From IMG/VR virus record IMGVR_UViG_2724679140_000013: DNA of 37,432 bases; one strand, 5' to 3'. The position numbers and the translations under genes were made by a program. Positions 1 to 6,931 of this stretch are shown here, one piece after another (within the stretch, counting starts at the first letter, position 1; each line of letters opens with the position of its first letter). The stretch comes from a virus (taxonomy: Duplodnaviria > Heunggongvirae > Uroviricota > Caudoviricetes). The notes under the pieces were generated by a model. The model made no database searches. It had not been told where the DNA came from and saw nothing but the letters and a program-made list of their open reading frames with translations.

Positions 1-1002
1 TTACCCTCTATTGTCAAAAGGGTTCAATTCAACAGCAGCCTCTAAATGACCTGGAGCAAAATGCGCATAACGCATAGTCATTTTTATATCGCTATGCCCC
101 AGTATTTTTTGCAACACAAGAATATTTCCGCCCCGCATCATAAAATGACTGGCAAACGTGTGACGTAGCACATGAGTTAATTGCCCATCAGGAAGCTCGA
201 TCTTCGCTCTCTTAATTGCAGCGTCAAAAGCCTCATAACATGGTGAAAATAGCGCTCCTCGTTTTTTAGGAAGCATAGCCTGCAATTGAGGTGAAATCGG
301 TACAGTGCGGTTCTTCTTTCCTTTAGTTTTGACAAATGTGATTCGACCGGGCAGTACTTGAGATTGTTTTAATCCTTCTGCTTCACTCCACCGAGCACCA
401 GTCGCAAGCCCAATACGAACAACAACCCCCAAATCTTTATTCCGTGACTCATCACACGCAATCAGAAGGCGTTCAATCTCATCTACATACAGAAACGCCA
501 GTTCCTTTTCTTCCTCACGAAACTTGCGAATACCAGTCAGGGGGTTTTCACCAGACCACTCTCCAAGGCGCTTCAGTTCGGCAAAAACAGCATGTAGATA
601 TGACTGCTCACGATTAACAGTTGCTTCACTAAGTTTCTTCTTCCCCTTTGGATTCCATTCACCTGATAATCGCCGCTCCCTGTAGGTGGCAAACATATTT
701 TTATCAAATTGAGAAGCAAACGGATCACCTAACCTAGAACAAATCGCCTCGAGTTTAGCCCTTCGCTCTTCACCGGAAGACAGTGTTTTACCGTACATAT
801 CAAACCAGCGAGCAACCAACTCGGAAAGGTGGGGGCCAGAATCATCCTGAAACTCGCTCCCCAAATTACTATTCATTAAACGGCGCTCATAAGAGAGCGC
901 CTCACCCTTAGTCGCAAACTGTTTACGAATACGCTTTCCCGATGCTCCATACGGGTAACACTCGCAAAGCCATTTACCAGTAGGTAGTCTTCGAACACTC
1001 AT
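1..1002 (-). CDS. int: tyrosine recombinase / phage integrase
   Basis: 333 aa; C-terminal catalytic region with HVLRHTFAS...LGHSDIKMTMRYAH (R-H-R-Y integrase signature); ATG at 1002, stop at 1-3. Confidence 0.9.
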   Translation of the reverse strand: MSVRRLPTGKWLCECYPYGASGKRIRKQFATKGEALSYERRLMNSNLGSEFQDDSGPHLSELVARWFDMYGKTLSSGEERRAKLEAICSRLGDPFASQFDKNMFATYRERRLSGEWNPKGKKKLSEATVNREQSYLHAVFAELKRLGEWSGENPLTGIRKFREEEKELAFLYVDEIERLLIACDESRNKDLGVVVRIGLATGARWSEAEGLKQSQVLPGRITFVKTKGKKNRTVPISPQLQAMLPKKRGALFSPCYEAFDAAIKRAKIELPDGQLTHVLRHTFASHFMMRGGNILVLQKILGHSDIKMTMRYAHFAPGHLEAAVELNPFDNRG

Positions 1003-1007
1003 TCTAA

Positions 1008-1394
1008 TTAAGACTTAATCCATCCCATCATCAACATCAGAGATACCGCCGTATTAGAAACAGACTGATTTTGATATACTTTTCTATTCTTTTTTTTATC
1101 TGCGAAAGGCTCAAAGGCCATATCAAGTTGTTTAGTCAATTCCTCTGCCAACAATTTGAGGTCATCCATATTTTTAACTTGTGTAGACAATTCTGGTGTA
1201 AGTCTTCCTTGATTATAAAGTACAGCTATAAAGTCAGCCGAGGTAGCCAATTTGTTTTTATAAGATGCCTTTTGCCACTCAAGGGCGTTTGCCTTATGTA
1301 ATGTTCCACCTTCATACCATTCAGAGGCATAACCATGAGATGCAAAAACAAACAAGATATAAAAAAGGACTAATTTTAAATAATTACGCTGCAT
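1008..1394 (-). CDS. hypothetical secreted protein (N-terminal signal peptide), low-GC cargo
   Basis: 128 aa; hydrophobic N-terminus LKLVLFYILFVFASHGYA then polar mature region; AAGGA SD before ATG at 1394; AT-rich compared with phage core. Confidence 0.6.
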   Translation of the reverse strand: MQRNYLKLVLFYILFVFASHGYASEWYEGGTLHKANALEWQKASYKNKLATSADFIAVLYNQGRLTPELSTQVKNMDDLKLLAEELTKQLDMAFEPFADKKKNRKVYQNQSVSNTAVSLMLMMGWIKS

Positions 1395-1425
1395 ATCATA
1401 TTTCCTTGCATGTTATTTAACGTAT

Positions 1426-2073
1426 TTACACAAAATAAATTAAAAATGTAATCACCATACCCAAAATGAGTCCAACAATGAACACAATCAAAAATTCTTT
1501 AGTATATTCTGTTAATAGTTCACTAATGCAGTGTCTATTTTTAATATTGCCATTGCTCTGAGATATATTTTTATTAGTCTGCTGATCTAACCACGACAAT
1601 GCAGATTGCAACTGAGAACGAGTAAGATCGTTTAAACGGCCTGTACCGAAATTGATATGGCAATATCGAAGAAGTTTTTGTCTAATTTCATTACTTTCAC
1701 TGTTGCGAAGAAGGAGGCTTACAAGTAATTTACAGGCGTCATGATCCTTGTGTCGGTCAAGCATCGCATTGAGAAAGCTAATTGCGGTTGGATACTGATT
1801 CACCGTCATCTTATCGACACTATCAACACCGATTTCAGCATGAAGTTTACGCCAAACAACAAACGATTCTTCCTTGCTGGCATCAACAATCTTGTCAACC
1901 AACAACTTCAGTTGATGTCGCTGAGCCTTAACTAATGGGCGCTCATCAGGCCTACCAGAAGGGATTGCAATATTGACTGTATGCCGATCATCATATCGCT
2001 CTATCTGAATATTCTTTTCGTGGTAATCACGCCCAGCAACGCGATTGTCTGAACCGTTTGAGTTGACCGCCAT
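1426..2073 (-). CDS. hypothetical C-terminally membrane-anchored protein, co-transcribed with repressor
   Basis: 215 aa; single C-terminal TM helix FLIVFIVGLILGMVITFLIYFV; GGAGGTGA SD 6 nt upstream of ATG at 2073, immediately after repressor stop at 2092-2094; low GC. Confidence 0.6.
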   Translation of the reverse strand: MAVNSNGSDNRVAGRDYHEKNIQIERYDDRHTVNIAIPSGRPDERPLVKAQRHQLKLLVDKIVDASKEESFVVWRKLHAEIGVDSVDKMTVNQYPTAISFLNAMLDRHKDHDACKLLVSLLLRNSESNEIRQKLLRYCHINFGTGRLNDLTRSQLQSALSWLDQQTNKNISQSNGNIKNRHCISELLTEYTKEFLIVFIVGLILGMVITFLIYFV

Positions 2074-2091
2074 GTCACCTCCCTGCTAGAG

Positions 2092-2505
2092 CTAACCCTT
2101 AGTTTCGTTATAGTCACGACCAGCAATACGATGGCCCTTGCCAGAAGCTCTTATTGTACCTGGAGCCAAACTACCAGCGGTCAAGGCTGCCAAAGCCGCC
2201 GCCTTAACAGCCAAAGGTGCAGAGCGATATATTTTAATTAGCTCAATCTCATCTTCAGTGGCATTAGGGATGCCATGTGCACGACTACCAGAAAGTATGT
2301 AATAGACATCTACTCCGCAGCGCCTTCCCAAGAGATTCAGCATAGCTGCATCCGGTGTAGTCACCCCTCTTTCATACTTCCCCCAAGTCTTTGTAGAAAC
2401 TTCAAAAATAGACGCCATATCATCCTGAGTCATGCCAGTTTTCTCTCGTTCCTCCCGTAATCGACGTCCAATAATGACACTTAATTCCTCTTTTTCTGTT
2501 GACAT
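2092..2505 (-). CDS. HTH (XRE-family) immunity repressor, C/CI-like
   Basis: 137 aa; HTH segment GMTQDDMASIFEVSTKTWGKYERG; divergent from the early operon; sits between int and early genes as in P2. Confidence 0.8.
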   Translation of the reverse strand: MSTEKEELSVIIGRRLREEREKTGMTQDDMASIFEVSTKTWGKYERGVTTPDAAMLNLLGRRCGVDVYYILSGSRAHGIPNATEDEIELIKIYRSAPLAVKAAALAALTAGSLAPGTIRASGKGHRIAGRDYNETKG

Positions 2506-2564
2506 AGGAAGTTTTGTTCCCTAAAGTAATTTCACGTGCAATTAGATGATCACAATGTACCACT
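2506..2564. promoter_or_regulatory. divergent lysogenic/early promoter-operator switch region (Pc/Pe equivalent)
   Basis: 59-bp gap between divergently oriented repressor and first early gene; contains repeated tcacgtg / tcacaatg elements; position-based inference. Confidence 0.45.
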
Positions 2565-2771
2565 ATGAATCAAGTTAGTCACGACACCAAGTCACGCATT
2601 CCGCGTAATACCGCCACAGGTCCAAGACTGGCACTTAGGCTGTCCCTCGAGGAGCGAGCCATCATTGATGAAATGGCCGCCAAAGAACAACGCTCATCCT
2701 CTAACATGGCGCGCATGATCTTCCTTCGAGGCCTGGAGCTGACCCAGAAAGAACAAAACAAATCTTCCTGA
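2565..2771 (+). CDS. small early protein at the cox/apl position, possible ribbon-helix-helix DNA binder
   Basis: 68 aa; first gene of rightward early operon; segment LALRLSLEERAIIDEMAAKEQ resembles RHH fold pattern; assignment by position. Confidence 0.5.
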   Translation: MNQVSHDTKSRIPRNTATGPRLALRLSLEERAIIDEMAAKEQRSSSNMARMIFLRGLELTQKEQNKSS

Positions 2772-2787
2772 TCAGGAGGTTAGTGGG

Positions 2788-2991
2788 ATGTCAGGTATAA
2801 CCATCAATATCAATGTGAATGCCCCCTATGTATCCCTGCAGAAATATGCAGAGATAACAGGTATCCCTCTTAATACATGCAAAAAGATGTTGGCTGACGG
2901 TCGAATTATTATCCGACCAAAACGCGCCAAAATGGAAAAGCCAGAAGTAAACCTTGTGGCAATGCTGAAAGACGCTATCGCTAACAGTTAA
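2788..2991 (+). CDS. small early protein with HTH-like segment
   Basis: 67 aa; GGAGG SD upstream of ATG; YAEITGIPLNTCKKMLADGRI resembles an HTH. Confidence 0.5.
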   Translation: MSGITININVNAPYVSLQKYAEITGIPLNTCKKMLADGRIIIRPKRAKMEKPEVNLVAMLKDAIANS

Positions 2992-2997
2992 AACAAC

Positions 2998-3360
2998 ATG
3001 AGCATCGCTATGAATAGAAATGCCACCTCCTCACGTTCTAAATACCGCAACGGGGCGGAACGCCATGCTAACCGTTTCGCTACCAGTGCATCACGCAGCA
3101 GCTCTCGCTACAGCCTGAGCGAAACACACGCAACACCGGATGGCCACGCTGTAAAACAAATCGGCGAGCATGCCTGGCTGATTGAGAAAGCTGGAATCGT
3201 GGTCCATAAATGCCCACGCAATCCGTTTACCGGAAACCGCATTTTTGCATTGAGCTGCGGCGACAATCAATTCGGGCAGGATTTCACATTATACGAAGCA
3301 CTTCGTACGGTTGATCGTCTGCTTCGCGGGCAAAGTTTTATTAAACAGGCTGATTTATAA
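2998..3360 (+). CDS. hypothetical early protein
   Basis: 120-aa ORF, tightly packed in early operon; start uncertain. Confidence 0.45.
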   Translation: MSIAMNRNATSSRSKYRNGAERHANRFATSASRSSSRYSLSETHATPDGHAVKQIGEHAWLIEKAGIVVHKCPRNPFTGNRIFALSCGDNQFGQDFTLYEALRTVDRLLRGQSFIKQADL

Positions 3361-3370
3361 CAGGTGAGTT

Positions 3371-3658
3371 ATGACCAAAGAGCATACACAAAGTGTATTT
3401 ATCCGTTTTATTGATTTTCGCGGTGAACTGTTATTACGCGCATCCGCTATTGATGGAGTGGCTCCGGCGGGTAAAAACGGAGCCGACGAAGCCACTTACG
3501 TTTATCTGAACGGCACGCGACTGCTTGTGGAACTTCCGTACCAGACCGTACGAGAAATCATTAGTGGAGCTGAAAAGGCACGCCAGGCTAATGGCGATGA
3601 ACCTTATATCGAAATTATTTGTATGGATTCAGAAGCAGAAATTCAGAAAGCAGATTAA
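3371..3658 (+). CDS. hypothetical early protein
   Basis: 95-aa ORF in early operon. Confidence 0.5.
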   Translation: MTKEHTQSVFIRFIDFRGELLLRASAIDGVAPAGKNGADEATYVYLNGTRLLVELPYQTVREIISGAEKARQANGDEPYIEIICMDSEAEIQKAD

Positions 3659-3669
3659 AGGGCGTTGCG

Positions 3670-3912
3670 ATGGGCAAAGAATATAAAACTCTCATTAACA
3701 AAGCACTTGAGCGTTTTTATTTTCGCTTAAGTGCATCAGGCGCTCATGCTGAACGTGCAGCCCGTGACTCATTGACCAGGGCAATCCGGAGTCTGTATGA
3801 CGTGGCTTTTTACGCTGATGATCTGGATGCACTTAACGAACTTTCCGAGCTGATCTGTGCCGCAGAATGCGGGGAACATATTGAACCGTATAAGCTGGGG
3901 AATATTGCATGA
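3670..3912 (+). CDS. hypothetical early protein
   Basis: 80 aa from ATG at 3670 (in-frame upstream ATG at 3619 overlaps previous gene). Confidence 0.45.
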   Translation: MGKEYKTLINKALERFYFRLSASGAHAERAARDSLTRAIRSLYDVAFYADDLDALNELSELICAAECGEHIEPYKLGNIA

Positions 3913-4022
3913 GTATATTTATCTCATGGCTTGTTCTGATTATTTCGGTGGCCTGCGCCATTGGGATTATGCGAATTATTCATTCAGTAAAAAAGATTGA
4001 ACGCTTTTTCACTGGCGAATAA
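3909..4022 (+). CDS. possible 37-aa single-TM membrane peptide
   Basis: ATG at 3909 overlaps upstream stop (ATGA coupling); translation MSIFISWLVLIISVACAIGIMRIIHSVKKIERFFTGE; below ORF-track size cutoff. Confidence 0.3.
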   Translation: MSIFISWLVLIISVACAIGIMRIIHSVKKIERFFTGE

Positions 4023-4108
4023 CAGAGCAAATAAAACCACAGGTTAAATAAGAAAATGTAAAAACAATCCGCATTCGCGGAGGTATTCGCACACGCCAAG
4101 GAGGCGTA

Positions 4109-4312
4109 ATGGCAATTAAGCATTTTCCTGTCGTTCGTTTTACCTCCAGAGGACGTGAATACGAAGTCGACGAACGCCTGATTACCACAATCGACAAACA
4201 CCGTTCAGAAAAGGATGCACATCACATCTATCTCACTGACGGCACTTACTTCTGCGCCACGAATGTGGTGCGGGTGAACCTTATCCGACAGGTACAGGAG
4301 TCACGCAGATGA
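4109..4312 (+). CDS. hypothetical early protein
   Basis: 67 aa; strong AAGGAGG SD upstream of ATG. Confidence 0.5.
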   Translation: MAIKHFPVVRFTSRGREYEVDERLITTIDKHRSEKDAHHIYLTDGTYFCATNVVRVNLIRQVQESRR

Positions 4313-4554
4313 CCATTCTGGACTATATCGCCGCCAATCCGGGGTGTAGCGGTGGAGAAATCGCCGCAGCACTGAATACCCCAACCACAGCCATTAATGC
4401 GGAGTTACGCCGACTCTGGCGCAGCGGTTCAGTCATAAGAAAAGAGCGCAAAACAGGCGGTCGCTTTTCTTACCAGATAAACCCGATGCCGTTCGGGTGC
4501 GGCAATCCACTTACCAACATGTTTAACCAGCTACTGAAGGAGGCCAGAGCATGA
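4309..4554 (+). CDS. hypothetical small protein, possible winged-helix DNA binder
   Basis: 81 aa; start overlaps upstream stop; GCSGGEIAAALNTPTTAINAELRRLWRSG resembles wHTH. Confidence 0.5.
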   Translation: MTILDYIAANPGCSGGEIAAALNTPTTAINAELRRLWRSGSVIRKERKTGGRFSYQINPMPFGCGNPLTNMFNQLLKEARA

Positions 4555-4850
4555 GCGCCATCAACCACCAGGAATTACGCGAACTGGCGATTGACCTGCA
4601 ACGAATGGCAACGCATCAAAAATTACTGGCGTTTCGCGCAATGCTCTCGCCGTCTGCCGTGCTGGCACTGCTGGATGAGCTGGAGCACGCCAGAACCATG
4701 TCTCCAGCCATTCGCCTGGCGCTCCATCATGAAATCGCTGATTTCTGCGCTCCACTGGGTTCGCCTGGTGAACCAGAAACGCCGGAAGCAATGCAACGAG
4801 AGCTACTGCAACGCATCGACAAGGTTTTTGATTTCTTCCTTAACCAGTAA
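4551..4850 (+). CDS. hypothetical early protein
   Basis: 99 aa; translationally coupled to upstream gene. Confidence 0.5.
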   Translation: MSAINHQELRELAIDLQRMATHQKLLAFRAMLSPSAVLALLDELEHARTMSPAIRLALHHEIADFCAPLGSPGEPETPEAMQRELLQRIDKVFDFFLNQ

Positions 4851-4861
4851 AGGACCGCGAT

Positions 4862-5065
4862 ATGAACAAAAAGACCTGGTTTCGCGCATACATGTGGGCG
4901 CTGGTATGCGTCCTCGTTTCTCTCATTCTGTATGCAGGACTACTCCCCCGAATGATTTCATCAGACAGCTCCTTCTTGGTATTGCTGGGCATTTTCATTG
5001 CCATGCTGTACCCGGCAGGCGTTGTTCGCCTTTTCAGTAAGTACATCAAGGAAATCAAACAATGA
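4862..5065 (+). CDS. small two-TM membrane protein, possible partner of downstream SPFH protein
   Basis: 67 aa; two hydrophobic helices (WALVCVLVSLILYAGLL and FLVLLGIFIAMLYPAGVV); stop overlaps start of next gene. Confidence 0.5.
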   Translation: MNKKTWFRAYMWALVCVLVSLILYAGLLPRMISSDSSFLVLLGIFIAMLYPAGVVRLFSKYIKEIKQ

Positions 5066-5892
5066 AGAAACTCAAACTCTTTCAGATTATCCCGCTTTTT
5101 GCCGCCATCCTGCTGGTTGGTTGCGATCGCGTTGAGCCAGGTAATGTGGGCATCAAAGTCAACAAACTGGGCGACGACAAAGGCGTCGGTGAAGTGGTTG
5201 GCGTTGGCCGCTACTGGACAGGCTGGAATACAGAGGTTTACATCTTCCCGACCTTCAAACAAATGAAGACCTACGATGAGCCGTTCAGCTTTCAGATGAG
5301 TGACGGCACAACCATCGGCTATCACATCGGTGTGGCCTACAAGGTTGATCCATCCAAAGTTACTACAGTGTTTCAGACCTACCGCAAAGGCGTGGACGAC
5401 ATTACCGACACTGACCTGCGCCAGAAGATCGCCGATGCACTCAACCGACTGGCCAGCAAAATGACCACCGATAAATTCATCGACGGTGGCAAGTCTGAAC
5501 TGCTGGATTCAGCACTTAAAGATATTCAGGAAGAGATGACCCCCATCGGTATTCAGGTCATGAGCCTCTCTTATGTCGGTAAACCGGAATATCCGCCAAC
5601 CGTTATCGACAGCATTAACGCCAAAGTCACGGCAAACCAGAAAACCCTGCAACGCGAACAGGAAGTCAAGCAACGCGAAGCAGAAGCCAACATGTTGCGC
5701 GCAGAAGCTGCCGGACAGGCTGATGCCATTCGCACAAAAGCCCAGGCTGAAGCCGACGCCATTCGTTTACGCGGTGAAGCTCTGCGCCAGAATCCCGGCG
5801 TTATGGAGCTGGAAGCAATCAACAAATGGAACGGCACGCTGCCGCAATACATGACCAGCAATACCGCTGTTCCGTTTGTTCCGGTGAAGTAA
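5062..5892 (+). CDS. SPFH/band-7 (HflC/prohibitin-like) domain lipoprotein
   Basis: 276 aa; lipobox LLVGC after signal peptide; SPFH-like core followed by Ala/Glu/Arg-rich coiled-coil (QREQEVKQREAEANMLRAEAAGQADAIRTKAQAEADAIRLRGEA) and C-terminal WNGTLP motif. Confidence 0.75.
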   Translation: MKKLKLFQIIPLFAAILLVGCDRVEPGNVGIKVNKLGDDKGVGEVVGVGRYWTGWNTEVYIFPTFKQMKTYDEPFSFQMSDGTTIGYHIGVAYKVDPSKVTTVFQTYRKGVDDITDTDLRQKIADALNRLASKMTTDKFIDGGKSELLDSALKDIQEEMTPIGIQVMSLSYVGKPEYPPTVIDSINAKVTANQKTLQREQEVKQREAEANMLRAEAAGQADAIRTKAQAEADAIRLRGEALRQNPGVMELEAINKWNGTLPQYMTSNTAVPFVPVK

Positions 5893-6057
5893 TTAAACCC
5901 GGCCAGTGAAAATCGCTGGCCGGAGCAGTATCAGGATTTTTTAGTATGCCGTTCTCACAAAAAAACCGCTTGCCATGCCGCAATCAGTCAGGTTACATTT
6001 CCGCTGCACCTCATAAAACGGGTGCCGGGATTGGAACCCCGCAGACTAACAGAGCGC

Positions 6058-6080
6058 ACAACCGCGCCAGCGGTTTTTTT
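6058..6080 (+). terminator. putative intrinsic terminator within the SPFH-to-A noncoding stretch
   Basis: short GC hairpin accgc-gcca-gcggt followed by T7 run. Confidence 0.4.
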
Positions 6081-6259
6081 GTGCGTACCGTATCGCCACG
6101 TCTTTTTCGCGTCAAAATTATGGTGGGGCGTACAGGGCCAGCATCAGCTGGGCCGGGTCCTCTGTTAGCCGGTAGTTCCAACCCTGTACGTCTCACCACC
6201 CCGAGCTTGGAACCTCTGGATGGTGAGTTTTCAAAACTGACTAACAGAGAGGCCACACC

Positions 6260-6487
6260 ATGGCAAACCGCAAACAGCGCGCATACGCTGCGCGTCGTCA
6301 CATCCAGACTGAAATCGACCGCAGACTTTCCCGCGCATTCCGCGTCGCTAAAATCATGCACATCAACATGCTGCATGAGCGTAGCTGCGAACTTTCAAAC
6401 CTCTACTCATCCGCTGTTTTCAGCTATCTGGCGGATGATCTGCGCGAGCTTCAACAGCTCATCCAGCAGCAAAACAAACTCCATTAA
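6260..6487 (+). CDS. hypothetical small basic protein
   Basis: 75 aa; GAGAGG SD upstream of ATG. Confidence 0.45.
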   Translation: MANRKQRAYAARRHIQTEIDRRLSRAFRVAKIMHINMLHERSCELSNLYSSAVFSYLADDLRELQQLIQQQNKLH

Positions 6488-6559
6488 TTCCTGTTCCGGG
6501 CCTTTCCTGCACCTTGCGGCGGGAGGCCTTCGCACATCTGTAACAAGAGGATTGCCGCA

Positions 6560-6925
6560 ATGATTCTCGCCAACGACTTTCTTGAATACCTGCTCAACAC
6601 AGAACGTGATCTTGCCGCTCGCGTGCGTGATCGTTATGACATGTACCTGAAATCCCTGCCTGTACCGCAACTCGCTGACGGAAAAATTGTTATTGATGGT
6701 CGCTACATGATTGACAGCCACGAGGGAAATTACAGGCTTTACCGCATTGAAGGTGGCACCCCGTCCGTTATTGGCATTTACCAGCGCCCATCCTCTGCAA
6801 TCGTCGATGTGATTGCCGACAGCATCCGCATCACACATCGCCATGCCGACACAGAAGACACCGTGCTGGAAATTCAGCGGCTGGCTGCCGTCTGCCGCGA
6901 CACCCTGAATGGCATGACGAAGTAA
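6560..6925 (+). CDS. hypothetical protein preceding replication gene
   Basis: 121-aa ORF immediately upstream of A. Confidence 0.5.
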   Translation: MILANDFLEYLLNTERDLAARVRDRYDMYLKSLPVPQLADGKIVIDGRYMIDSHEGNYRLYRIEGGTPSVIGIYQRPSSAIVDVIADSIRITHRHADTEDTVLEIQRLAAVCRDTLNGMTK

Positions 6926-6931
6926 ATCACT

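Noticed and set aside
5946-6563. 205-aa plus-strand ORF spanning the SPFH-to-A noncoding interval
   Set aside because: Runs through terminator hairpins and the start of a better-supported small gene; no RBS; low-complexity translation.
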